Below are positions 1 to 12,768 of a DNA stretch of 64,000 bases, piece after piece. The stretch comes from Callorhinchus milii (lineage: Eukaryota). A model generated the notes under the pieces. It searched no databases, was not told where the DNA came from, and saw only the letters and a list, made by a program, of their open reading frames with translations. The stretch is taken from NCBI RefSeq assembly GCF_018977255.1, contig NW_024704764.1, forward strand, positions 1,116,001-1,180,000, written 5' to 3'. The stretch's first letter is position 1; each line of letters begins with the position of its first letter. A program made the position numbers and the translations under genes.

Positions 1-977
1 AATGTAGTAAAACAGTCGGTTCTGTTTAATGGCAGATATATTTTGCCGCCTACAGTTTGGACTGGGTTCCTCGGCATATTATTAACCATTTCGTAGATTT
101 TCATTCGGCTGCAGGCTGATGTAAAATAATTTTAGGTGGGGGGGTGGGGGGGGCGGTGGTTATTCAAAGCAATGTTCTGCTCAAATCAGAGGCAGGGTTA
201 TCGTTTCCCGTCTAGCTGAGAAATATGCCTTAGGAAATCGAAGCCTATTAAAATATTTTTCTTTAACAAAATATCCCAGGAGACTCGGAATGATTGTTAC
301 TATTTTAAGACATAATTCTATTTTTCTACACTGTCAGTTCATGCTCCAGAATTGCAACGCAATCGATTACTGATACCTTTATGCAGTGATTGGTAAAATA
401 GAATTCACCTTTCAATGCATAAAAGTAGAATTAAACAATCCTAGACTACGAGAAATGTTATCTTATCATATTTTTTAAATGAAAAGGCCAGATACAAACT
501 ATGGCAACTTTTAAGAAGGTATGTGTGTAGTTGAAAACTAAGAAGTCGAAAACTACAATAAGTAACCACAGCTTTCTCCGGTCATAAATCATGTTCCCAT
601 ATATCTTGTGGATAACACCCTAACCAAAAATGCTTTTGAAGTCGCTTACAACTTCAGATGTGTCAATAGTCATCAAACGTACGCTAAAACCAAACGTTTA
701 ACAGTTTTAAGATCTTTCCCAAAGTTTTAGGGGGAGAAGGCGTTTTCAGACGTATTTTCATCACCTTCTCAAATGGGACGGGGGTGGTGGTGGTGGTGGG
801 GGGGGGGTGTGTGGGGGGGGTGGTGGCACGTCTGTCTTAATCCGTTACACACACACACCACACGTTAGCAACAGTTCACTAAAAGCAAAGGAAAATCCAC
901 TCTCTGATGTCAAGCTATGACCCATTAATTATTGATTGCATTGGAATTCAGCGTTAGTTGCACATAAATTCACTTAC

Positions 978-1092
978 CTGTTGGATCACTGCATTGGAAC
1001 TATGGAAAAAGATCAGTGGATTTTGAAATTTACTCTCAGGTGTTTGGGTACACCAATAGGCGTATTTGCACCCCAGTGAAACAAGACGCATT
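978..1092 (-). other. Candidate non-coding 5' UTR exon of HoxB3
   Basis: Consensus donor CAG|GTAAGTG (exon end 978) and acceptor-like ttttctag (exon start 1092; alternative acceptor at 1130). Position is upstream of where HoxB3 must lie. Boundaries are inferred from motifs only. Confidence 0.35.
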
Positions 1093-4000
1093 CTAGAAAA
1101 TTCTGGGAATGTTATCCAATCATGAATTACCTGACAGGATTGAAATCAACTAGCAATCGTTGGGGGAAGGCATTTTAACTTTATATACCTCTTAGTTTTA
1201 ATATAATGGTGCGCAAAATTCAGACAGAAAACGCACGCGACCTGCTGTTGAATGTTTGTGAATGTTTTGCAAGTGCTACAAAAGAAACAAATAGAATCTC
1301 TTATAGAATATCAATCATGAAGCAAAGATAGATCGCTGCCAATAACCTAAGAATCCGAAAAACGTTCCGTGGAACATACATAAGGATATGGGTAAACGTG
1401 TCCAATTGGAACTGGCTTGTGCAATGCAACGAGAAAAGTGATGCCATATGAGTTCAGTGGAGGGCAGAATCAGGAGTTTCACTATCAGCCTTCGCCTAAA
1501 CTAAGATTAAATATGCAAAGGGACAGAAAGCAGTAAATGTTTGGTCTATTGCTATACACAATCACACGGATCCCATTCAGTGTTGACTGCGCTTATTAAA
1601 ATCCGTTTTCCAATGAGTTATTTCTGTAATTTGTTAACATAAAAAATCTCGATTCTTGCAAAACATTATTTTCGGAACATCACGTTTCAAAGTTAGGTGA
1701 CGAGTAAATGAAGTACCACCACCTCAACCAGTTTTATTCCCCACATTTCACAGTTTAAATAATGTCTCCTTTGGGACCGCATATGTTTCAATGTAGGGAG
1801 ATTGGAAATAGTTGAGATATTTTGACCAAAATCTGGATTACTGGAGGTGTTTGAGACCTTCTTTGGAAAATAACTATTGTGACAATCATAAAAAACGACA
1901 AGGTCATAAAATTTTAAGCGTGATTCTCTAGTGAACAGAAAAAGAGGAAATGGGTTTAATTTTTTTTGTTAGCATTTCAAGAGCAGAGGTTAGGGCCACA
2001 GCATTTTACTATTTTAGTCTTAGACTGCAAACATCCACAGGTCTCGGCAGAGCAGCAATATAATTTATTACACTTGTCTTTACTATAGCTAATTTGGTCA
2101 GTTGGCGAGAGGTGTTGAAACGCTATGACTTATAAATCGAGGAACTTTCACGGACTACTCTTTCACGTACCTCATTTAAATATATATGTATTTTTTTTAA
2201 AAAGTCAGATTCCATTTTACCATAACAAACACAACGCATATTGACCCAGGCATGTTACATCCATTCAACATAGTATTCCAAATGGTAATTTTCTACCGAA
2301 TTTATATTATTTAGTGATTTATATTATCGTGCGTCTCTCGTTTAATGTGTGAATTTTCTTTTGACTTTTTTTGTTCATTGTCTTTCTCCTTTAAGGGACA
2401 GCGTGAAGAGTTCCACAACTGCTCCCAGAAAATAAAAGGAGTTTTTATTTATAAATTTACGGGGTAAAGACTTTTCTGGGGTTGACGTAAAATGTCACTG
2501 TTTAAATATTAGGAAACATGAGTAGGTTGCACCGTGGTCCAATCCTCTGCTTCGTCATGGTTTGGTACAGTTCCCGGGGAGAAAAAGGTATTGTAATTTT
2601 TCATCAGTTTTAAATAGCCTTGCAAAGTCTACAAAGTATATGAGCTGAAAGAACGATCATGATTTATTATGGGGAGTATAATTACCTCTATATTAAATAA
2701 CCATCTTAGAAACATAACGCTTACTCTTGACTGCGTGGCTTCGTGCAAACGTGACAGTTCTCGTGACGCTAAAACATTAAAGTTTATCCCATCGGTTTAA
2801 AGGATGTCATCAACACTGATGAAAGGGGGAATTAGCAGGAGAAAACATATAGAGTGTAAGAGGGTGGAGCCGGCCACTACAAACCCTCACTCCTCGAATT
2901 CGTTCGCAATTTTTTAAAATATACTTTTCTACAATTGTATTCTTGTTTCATGCAGATGAATACAATCTATAGGAGAGAGAAAAAGAGACGGTGATCATTT
3001 AAACAAGAACTGGCATTTCTCGATCAGTGGTGCTGGAATAAAATTGGAAAATGTTCTGGTCAGTACTCTCTGCATGTTGTCTTTCGTCCTATCTGCGCTA
3101 TTGGGGGTTTGCACCCTTCAATATATTCGTTTTGGCTCCTCTCCTTGATTTCTATACAAAGCAGTGAACCGCTAGTTAAAGAGAAGCTGACGAACAAAGC
3201 GTTGAAGAGGTGGGGTTTTGTTCAGTGAATCTCTGCGCCATTGTCAGGGTTGTTTTATAGCACAGTTACGGTATTTAAATAAGAGAGGTGTAAATTCAAA
3301 GCAACAGAACAAACATCGTTGAAGGATTTAATTTTTTTGGAGTGAAAGAGCCTATTTTGCCTTTCCCTAGCCTAAATTATTGAATATATATATTTTTAAA
3401 TCGGATTCTGTAATGAGTGTCTGTTAACGAATGCCAACATGATCCATCTTCGCTGAGGGCATCGAGTCACATTATTTTTCCATTTTGGTTCTGGGACTTA
3501 TCAATTAATAAAGCCCCATTGAAACCAGGGTCAGACTTACAAGGAAATTTACACATCTCTGCTTTGGAAGCTGAGCAATATCCAATTGTGTTCATAGATC
3601 GATTTTCTAATGCTTTCTTTTTGTTGTTTTTTTTTGCTTTTCTCAGAAGCTTTTGGAAAATGAAGAAAATCGACATCTTCGAAGTTTGTCAATCTTTGAA
3701 GGAATTTTGTGGCTTCATACTGTGTTCTCATTTAAAGGACACAACTGCTATTCAGATTGAGAAAACACAGATATTACGTTGTGTTACTGACCAAAGTAGC
3801 CTTTTTCAATCAAGTTCTGTAGCTATTCTGTTTCACTCCATGCAAATATGTGTTTATTTACTGTATACATATAATATCTGCATACATAAGAGAACAGCAT
3901 CGTATATATCTTGTTGGTCAAAATTGTCCTGAACTAGCGTAATTACTATAACGTTTCATAAAATTCTATATCTATATATTTTTTGTTGAATCTTACTTTT

Positions 4001-4824
4001 GCTGAATAATATCTTAACCAATGAAAAATAATATTTTATACCTTTCACATCATCATAATTGTTAACTGATCTTAAGCAGCCCCTGAAAAGAAGAGGACAG
4101 TTGTGCTGACAAAGAATCCGAATCTACTGGAAGAGACGCGTGTATCAGTAGGGATAGTCCACGCCGACTGTAACCATTAATATTTAATGTCAATCAGTGG
4201 GTTATACTAATTTTACAACATAAAGGTTTGCACTAACGATCGGTGTTAAATGTTACGTTGCTATTAATGGCTTTAGCTTGACTGGCTGGCGTCCAATCAG
4301 AGAATAATAGAAGCGAGCCTTATAGAAGTCTGTTAGTCTTTGCTCATTTTCAAAATTGGGTTTACAATTCATTTCAGGTCACCCCAAGCACCTCCTTTAC
4401 TAGGTTTTTATTCCAATGAGACGTTCCGTTTTAAAGAATTCATACAAAACTCTCCATAATTGGTAATCACGGATACTGTAATTTAAGACCCCCAGCTATA
4501 GCTTTCATATTATCCTCTGATCTATTGCTACAAATCGCCCGCAATAATCAGCTCTGGGGAGAGTATTACAGTCCTTCCTCATTCCTGAATATCATCACTT
4601 GCACATCATTCTCAAAGCGTGATTTATAACACAGGCGAACATAAACAACACACAACTTACACACACAATGGCATCCATAGTGGCGCTGACATATTTTGCA
4701 ATAAATCAAGGTACAAAAGGGAAGAGGGAAAACGAGCAAATATCAATGAAAAATAAGGAAATAAACAAACGTAGCACCGCGGTAACTCGGAAAAGAAAAC
4801 TGAAGGAAAGAAAGACGCCATTCG

Positions 4825-5100
4825 TCAGATTTTATGGCAATCTTAAAAACATAAATAACACGCATAATATTTACATAGATGGACACGAGGCAGTGCGGTT
4901 GTACTTACAATAAACCAGCCCACGGTGTGTGCCTCTTCCCAAAATTGTTTTATTCCAGCCTCTCTTGTTATAGGCTTGTTTTTAAAAGGACAGTAGAGTT
5001 TCACGTCAGACACAGGGAAACCATGTCGGCGATTTACGGACGAATACATATCTATTCTGCAACAGCTGCATTAATTATTTAATGAGTCACGTGACTGAGG
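4825..5100 (-). promoter_or_regulatory. Probable HoxB3 distal promoter / HoxB4 late neural enhancer (CR3-like) with a candidate first non-coding exon
   Basis: Clustered TTTTATGG, CATTAATT and TTTAATGA Hox-type sites; palindromic AGTCACGTGACT E-box overlapping TGAGTCA (5083-5096); minus-strand donor ATT|GTAAGT at 4909. Lies between HoxB3 and HoxB4. Confidence 0.45.
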
Positions 5101-6943
5101 GGGAAGGGGGGGATTTCAAATTCATACTCCAAGGAGAAGACTGACCTTCCACTCGAAGAGCAGAGTTTCTTTAATAGCCTCCCTCTTAAACATAGTATTG
5201 GTGTGGCTCATTGTCTCTGTTTAAACAAAGGGGGCAACAGAGGATTTGTGGTAAGTTGGTTGGGGTTTAGGGACAAGTGTGAACATATAGGAACTAAATG
5301 TATTAAGTACATTGTGAGCTTCCAAAGTCCCATATTTCGCATCTTGATTCGGTTCTTCCAAGTCACAGCACATGCTTCTACATAGTATTGTGTTGTGCAA
5401 CGGGAACCGATTCATTATATGCACCAGAGTTGGAGTAATGCTGCCGGGTTATCGGATCCCTGCGTGCGTTGCACTAATGCATTTTATCGCAAGTTTAGTT
5501 TATCATTTCATTGACTTTCCTCTTCAACTTTTTAGTGGATTTGTGTAACTCCCGTCTGCTTCCTGCCTATGGCTTAGCTGCTGAGGCAATACAGTGCGAA
5601 GGCATTGTTTCATCCTCACAAGAGGAACCACACTTTACAGTCAGTCACACGGTCGCTTCTCCAATCTTTACAAAGCCAGCAACCAATCGCTAACTAACAC
5701 AAAGGTCATAGTAAAAATCCTCATCCTTCAGAACATATGCTTTCTGAAAGCAAAATTTGAATGAAATCCACGTTTAAAGGAGGGAGACTTTGTTCTCTAA
5801 GATCTCAGTTGTTTTAAGAGAACCGTGTCAGAGAGACAGTGTGTGTGTGTGTGTGTGCGGGAGTGGGGTGGGGGGGGGGGGGGGGGGGGAGGGATCTTAC
5901 ACTTATTTCTGGTGGCAATAATGTTAAAACAATAATCGTAATGGGAAACGTGTCCCCAGAAACCGATTCGACACAGTTGTACATACCTACAGTCGCGTTT
6001 CAACCTACAAATTGTGGCTGCTTCCCGAAACACAGGCGCCTAAGATCAATTGTGGCAACTTATGCGAAGAATAACGATTATTTCGTTGCAGAAATGAACC
6101 GAAACGTTATAGTAAACATCAATTTATCAATTAAGAATATTAAACTAATTATGCATGTTATATAAATATAATCATAAAAGTATTATTCCTGGGTGCGCCA
6201 TACTTACGTTAACACCTCGTTAATAATATTATGAAAAATAGTTTTTTTTTAAAAAGATCGATTTCGCTTATAGCATTAATGGCGGGAAGTGTAATGTAAG
6301 TACAAATTCCACTTACGAAAGGGAAAAGAATGTTACAGTATACAATATATTTCCAGATATTCATTTATATTTTAAAATTCAAATTTTCCGGCTTTTCTAC
6401 GCCGGAATGATCCTTTCGCTGCTTCGATTACATTTCTGTTACATAAAAATACAATTGATCTATCATAAAATGAGAACCAAGGAACGTAATGCATTTAACC
6501 TACGCCTCGGTTACACGCACCCTCTTCCAGAACTTGTACTTGATAATAATTGTTTATTTTTATTGTGGTAAAAGCAGTGTGTGTTTTACGGTTGGAAAAG
6601 TAAATCAAGCAGCAGCAATAAGGTTCCCATTTAAGCGTTCGAGTAAATTGCCACTGGTTAGCGAAGGCAGGTTAATATTAGCTCGCACATTTCACACACC
6701 ATATTTTTGCAAGGGGAATGTGATCCTTTCTTTATTTTTTTTTAAAAACGTACTGCATTTAAGAGGGAAATGCTGTGTTTGGAAAGAAACAAACCACATT
6801 TCCCATAACAACCTTACAACCAAGTAAAAGCGCCAACAATTCTACATTTTGCTCAGTCGTTTAGACAAAGTGAGGCAACGAGACAATGGCTCCGCTCCAT
6901 CCATTGTGTCTCCGATTTTAAGACACTTCACTTGAAGGTGTGT

Positions 6944-6974
<31 letters not shown>

Positions 6975-7311
6975 AGGGGGGGGGGGGGGAGAGCATTCAA
7001 CGTTTAACTTTATTTCATATTGATGATTTTTTTAAAGGAAGACCAACGATACGCAATCCCAGGGCGTGCATTGACTTACTTTTTCTTTAAATGCAAACTG
7101 AGATACTCGCACTCAGCAAAGGCTAACAAAACACAGCTACGTTGGAGTCAACGGAGCACAGATTTTTAGTCCAGTGAACGAGCGTTAACCCTGGTGTGTT
7201 TTATATCCTTGAGCATTGGGAATGTTCAGATAGAACAGAGTCCTGTCTTAAAGGTCAAGGGTTTCAGGGGTCAGACTGCTAGTATAAAAACAGCTAATCG
7301 GATAGAAAAGT

Positions 7312-7328
7312 TGCCCTCTCAATGAACC
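7312..7328 (-). promoter_or_regulatory. DR5 retinoic acid response element, likely the HoxB4 3' early neural enhancer (ENE) RARE
   Basis: Minus strand reads GGTTCA-ttgag-AGGGCA, about 2.7 kb 3' of the HoxB4 stop; extra AGGTCA/GGGTCA half-sites at 7252-7273. Confidence 0.7.
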
Positions 7329-10066
7329 TTTCTGCCCGGCACGATGACTGACCAACACAGGCACTGGTTTTATTTCAATGCAACGCTTTTTTAAAAAACG
7401 CTTTTTTTGAAATAAAAAACCGCCAAAAGATATTTAGCAACCCATAACTTTGAACCAGACTTTGCAATTGATGCATGTTACTGTGGGTTTGGAGATATTC
7501 CGAATCGGTGTAGCTTCACAGACAACTGGGTTAAGAGCATTCAAACAGTATGATGTCAGCCAAAATGATTTTTTTTCTGTTACCTTTAGTTTCACCATCT
7601 CCCGATCTCGAGAACTGAGCATTTTCACGATTTTTAATCATAGCTGAGAAAGAATCGTCCAAGCTGACTGACAAATCCCAGGCTGCCCACATATTTCTGA
7701 AGAAAACTGGAGGAGCTTCACTATTTTTCCCCGAGACGACCCGTCCAGATTTGCTGTTGAATAACAATGGGAGAAGTATTTAAAGAAAGAAGTGATTAAT
7801 GATTTCAAGTTAATTCTCGCATTTTCAGAAGTGCTCTGGCTACAAATAATGCCTGTGAACTTTAGTTCTATAGCCTGTATTCAGAGCCTTTGGGAACAAG
7901 CTTGTGGAAGGCTACAGGACTGACTGCCCAGTGACTGTGAGAATAAAGCAAACTGCACCTATTTCGGGGCAGTCAATGGACAACACTGGTTTACTTTATC
8001 ACCTTATAGCCTTTAAGATATTTACAATAATACTTCAGAACGAAAATGTTACATGTGCAAGATTTAAAATAAGCCTTCAAAAAGCCTGATTTTTTTTATT
8101 CCTGCCAGGATGATTACACGCACACACACAATAGTGTATATGGGGATTTCTTAGATAAGTATAAATAATCGAGTACAAATCTTTGCGTTGTCTTTAAAAG
8201 CAATCGTGGCTCATGTTTTCCTTCTTGTCTTTTTGCCACAATTGAATATGTAGATCCTTTTAGTGCGCTATTGAAATCGAAAACTTTACTAGTTGACGAT
8301 TTATCAAAAAGACCACATTTGCCCTATTATGATCAATAGTGCCTTCTGATTTACATTTGAAATGAAGGCTGACACGGTGGTGACTTTACAACAGTGTAGT
8401 GTTAAATGAAACGTTTGAACCAAAACGCTGGAACCTACAGCTCAAAATCCTTAAAGCATTGACTTATTGTAATGTATCAGAACATTGCACATCGATGTGC
8501 ATCTCAGCTGATAATTCTGGTTACTGATATTCTATATGGTGTGATTTTCCGCTCCCAGATTGTACATGCAATATGTTATACCAAAAGAAATTAAAATTAA
8601 CACAGAGCTTCATCTGACAAAAGAGGTCATTTGTCTCCTTGATTATCTATTTACTTGTCAAAGCCTGAACCATTAAACCATCGAATCCCTTTCTAATATA
8701 TAAACACGTACGCACAAAGGAAAGATACTTCAAAAATGGAACAAATGGATTCAACATCCAAACATTAGAGAAATCCAAAGATGCTAACGATGCACGTAAA
8801 GCTAAAGTTAATGAAAACACATAGTCAAATTAAACGGACAAACCTCCCTTCAAAAAAATCCTTTCTTTGTTTTTAAAAACAAACGTATTAAAATATCATG
8901 AGTCTGCACTGATGTACCAGCTGAGGAAACTTAACGTTGTAAGTCTAAATCTTGGTCATGTCTTAAGCTTCCCTTTTGCCATTTTTTTTGCAGAGTTAAT
9001 GTCCTTTGTTTCCGCCCCTCACCCCCCCCCGCCAACCCCCCTCCCCCACCCCCCCCCACCCCACCACCACCACCACCACCACACACACACACACACACAT
9101 AGATAGATAGACAGCATTGAGGTCTGAGATACACTTCGTTATGGTAAAATCTCATCCATTGATTGCAGTGTAAGAAAGACAAAGGAAAATATAGACCTTG
9201 AAAATTTTATTTAAATTATTAATATTTACACGTATTTTGGTTTGGATGACAGTCTACAGAACAATGTGAGGGCATAGACTGTTGACGATAAAACAGACCC
9301 CTATGGGCCCAATGTAGTGGCTGCTAAACTTCATAGCCTGGAATGTCATAAAGAGTGATGAGAAAACTAAAACAGCTTATCTATCTATCTTCCACCCTTG
9401 GCTTTCTGAAAAAGTACATTCTGTTAATACGACCAGAGACAAGTACTGTACATTTGCTGTACAAATCACATGCAATATTAAAAAAAACATTTTAAATAAC
9501 CTTGCTCTTAAAATTTATTCCTACATATGGTTTTGTGCATTTTTTTCAAAAAATCCAACCACACACGTTTTTATTGGCACCAAAAGAAATGCATTTGGGA
9601 GCTTGAGGAAATGGATCACACATGAAAATAATGTTCAAAAGAAAGTGTTCCAAGTGATGTCAAACTTTAAACCATGAGACCTATTTTTTTCCAAATCTTT
9701 GCTTCAGCTTTCTTGGTGCAGGCTTGTTTTGTGAGGAAGAGAAGACAGTTTGTCATCCTACGTTGACGAAACGGAGCCTCATTTATTAAAGTGTTCGTTT
9801 GCTGTCGAGGTAATCGTAGGCATAGGGTTCATCCTTTGTACCACCAAGTAAACATGACAAATGGGAAGCCTTTGGCATGATTAAAGATGAAACGAGAATT
9901 GATCTTTACCAGCCTCTTCTGAAAACTACTATCTACAATTGTACGTTCAATAGGAGGGGTGAAATCTGGATATTTACAGTTTAGACTTTGCCCCTTATAA
10001 ATAAACAGTGTCGCAGTTAAAATCCTATGTTTGTGTGCTTATATGAATTTCTTCCCACGTGGGCAG

Positions 10067-10389
10067 CTATAAACTGGCTGTTGGTCCATTTGCCTCATGA
10101 TTCTGAGAGGTTCCTTGTGAGTGATTATTTCCAGAAGCAGTCGATGAGCCTGTTGTAGACCTGATTTTGGTATTTGGCAACTTGTGATCTTTTTTCCATT
10201 TCATTCGCCTGTTCTGGAACCATATTTTAATCTGTCGTTCGGACAGGCAAAGATTATGAGCTATTTCCACCCTTCGCCTCCGGGTTAGGTACCGATTAAA
10301 ATGAAACTCCTTTTCCAGCTCTAGAACTTGCTGCCTGGTGTAAGCAGTGCGGGAGCGTTTCATTTCCCCTCCTTTGCAATTAGGGTTCA
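10067..10389 (-). CDS. HOXB4: HoxB4 exon 2 (homeodomain)
   Basis: [35 protein letters not shown]...[19 protein letters not shown] is diagnostic of paralog group 4; acceptor ttttgttcag at 10390-10391; TAG stop at 10067. Confidence 0.96.
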
Positions 10390-10640
10390 CTGAACAAAAA
10401 GCAACAACACAGAAAGAAATAACTGACTGAACAACTGACTGAACAACATCAACCTCATACGGAATAACAGGGTTGCATGGAAACATTAGCATTAGATCAA
10501 AAATTTAAGGGAAACGTAAAAAAAAGAAGTTCACATCTACACTATTATTAAAGACAAAAAAAGTAAGTGTTCAAAGAAAGCGATCTGTGCGGCTAGGATA
10601 CAACACATCAAAGGCGCATGGCCAGAAGTGTCTTCGTACA

Positions 10641-10670
10641 GCAATAAAAATTTATGGAGGATGTAATTAC
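10641..10670. promoter_or_regulatory. HB-1 homeodomain/Cdx-binding element of the Hox4 intron
   Basis: gcaataaaaatttatggaggatgtaattac matches the conserved TAATTA/CATAAA/TTTATT cluster known from Hox4 introns. Confidence 0.75.
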
Positions 10671-10776
10671 TAACCCCCAGATAGGCGATTGTAAATCTAA
10701 AGCATGACTATTACAATGGGTGCTTGCAATAGATCCCAGGCTTCCAGGTGGTAAAAAGCGAAGGCACACTACTCAC

Positions 10777-11184
10777 CGATGTTTATATGTACTTTCTTCA
10801 TCCATGGATAAACCACGGGCTCTTTGGAGCAAGAAGTGTTTTGGTTGCTGGTGACCTGACTGCAAGAGGGCGGTGGGCTTGGAGTCACCGGTTCACAGTG
10901 GTGCCCGCGTTTGGCTAAGTGGTCCTGCAGGCCGGTCTGCGATTGCCCGTGACCCCTGGGCGCCACGATTTGCTCGCCAGAGCCCTGGATGTTGCTGCAG
11001 GAGGAATAGCGTTGGTCAGCGCTGTACGCTGACCGTGGGTACATCGGCTCATGCTGAAACCCCGGCTCCCGCGCACGACTGTAGTATTCCGGAGACTGAC
11101 TTGGCAGGTAATCGCTCTGCAAATACTCTTCACACGGTGGAACTTCGGGTCCACATAGTTAGAGTTAATCAAAAACGAACTCAT
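10777..11184 (-). CDS. HOXB4: HoxB4 exon 1 (apparent 1-bp frameshift near 11140)
   Basis: MSSFLINSNYVDPKF in one frame, then (PP)CEEYLQSDYLPS...KEPVVYPWMKKVHINI in another; donor G|GTGAGT at 10777. Restoring one base gives a 243-aa protein. Confidence 0.9.
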
Positions 11185-11244
11185 GACCTTTAATATCTGA
11201 AATGCAAAATAACTCAAAAATGTTTTCCACCCAGTCGTTTTTTC

Positions 11245-11320
11245 CTGTTTCGTAAACCCTCCCACTTACTGTCAAGTGAACAAAGTTGGTGGTTCATGTG
11301 ACCCTGACAGCCAATGGCAG
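11245..11320 (-). promoter_or_regulatory. Conserved Hox4 proximal promoter / 5' UTR element
   Basis: cgtaaaccctcc..cttactgtcaagtgaacaaagtt..catgtgacc..gccaatggc, the block typical of Hox4 promoters with an overlapping NFY/YY1-type CCAATGGC site. Confidence 0.65.
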
Positions 11321-12684
11321 CTCCAGCTCCATTCCCGGATAAGGAAATAGAATCGGGCGTTGGATGCTCCGAGCGTCTCCTTTAAGCATTTTTTTGATTA
11401 CAAATATTAATGCTATTTTTTTAGAGAGAGAGAGAGAGAGAGAGAGCCCGGAACTTAGCAAAACCACACAAGTTTTTAAATAGGTTTTGCTCACGCCCTT
11501 GCCAGAAGTTCAATCGGGCTCACAATGCGACCACATTGTATAAGTATTTATCTTCTTTGTCAGTTCTCCGTTCAGATGGTTCTTTCATTCTTTCTGAGTC
11601 AAAAATCTTTTTTTTTTTTTAAAAATTATGTAAAATTATCTGATATGTTAGAAATTTCCGCAGCGTGATTCGTTTATTTTAATGTCGGGTGCAAAAAGCT
11701 CTGTGCAGGGCCGGAGGGTGGGGGTGGGGGGGGGGGGGGGGGGTGGCGCACGCACGGCTTGCCTGGCAAAGACGAATTGGGCTTCTTTGGATCAATAGAA
11801 AATTCATCAACTAATTCAGGGCGCCCAGTCAACAAAATTACATTTCGCAGTGCATTAGATGGACGATTTTCAACCAGGACAACTCTTGTTTAAACTAGTC
11901 TGCTCGCACCATTTAAACCCCCCGCACACTTATATAAGATCGAATCATTTCCCAGGTGACGATCACATCCAAGTCTAAACGAAGTTATGGATGTTCAATT
12001 AAGTAGATCACCATAAAGTGTGCGCGGAATGTGAATAGAGTCCGATCTTGTCCTATATTTAATCGGTTTTGTTGGTCGCAATTATACAGGGATCAATATA
12101 TCCAAATAATGCTAGACTATCCTTTTGCAAGCGCCTGGTCTTGGGCTCTCAGAGATGAATTTAAAAAGTGTCACAGACGATGGTTGTTGGTTTAATTTCA
12201 AATGTTAAATAAAAACCTGAGAAAAACTAAAAGAAATTTTAAAAACCCAGATTTCCATGTACGTTTATTGCAATTGTGAGATTTCAATACAATTCCGTGA
12301 AGTATTCAGCGAACGACATACATTTTACATGGAGCTGATACAATCAGCTTTGAAATGATTAATTTATAAAACATGCAAAACCTTTAGCTCTGACCTTTTC
12401 GAAACGGAGGAATGCGCGGGAATATCGAAAAAGGTAAATTACAGTCCATATTCAAGTGACGTAGTAAATGTAACACAACGGAGGATTAAGAGTTATTATA
12501 ACAAGATAACAGAGGGACGAGGATAGCACACCGTCACTGCGCATAATTTCACACGACAGAGACAGGTACCTGCATGCAGATGCTGCTTTTCTTTAAAACA
12601 TTAGCGATTTGTAGAAATAAAAAAACTGGATCTAAATGTTGTACGTTCTTCCGTTCTTCCGAAGGAATGTTGTAGCGTTTGTGT

Positions 12685-12768
12685 CGACTACATACTCCCC
12701 TAGATACGAATTTGCGACCACAATTTTGTCAACACAAATTCGGATCTACAGGGTATATATAGAGGACA
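12685..12768 (-). ncRNA. MIR10A: miR-10a precursor hairpin
   Basis: Mature UACCCUGUAGAUCCGAAUUUGUG at 12733-12755 and star arm CAAAUUCGUAUCUAGGGGAGUA at 12693-12714; canonical position between Hox4 and Hox5. Confidence 0.97.

Noticed and set aside
3417-3932. 171-aa plus-strand ORF
   Set aside because: GTG start, no recognisable domain, and composition typical of AT-rich non-coding DNA.
8486-8501. 16-bp perfect palindrome tgcacatcgatgtgca
   Set aside because: About one such palindrome is expected by chance in 64 kb.
10873-11193. Antisense and alternate-frame ORFs over Hox exons (also 25256-25723, 37988-38236, 40392-40962, 51197-51609)
   Set aside because: Shadows of GC-richer coding exons with no independent support.
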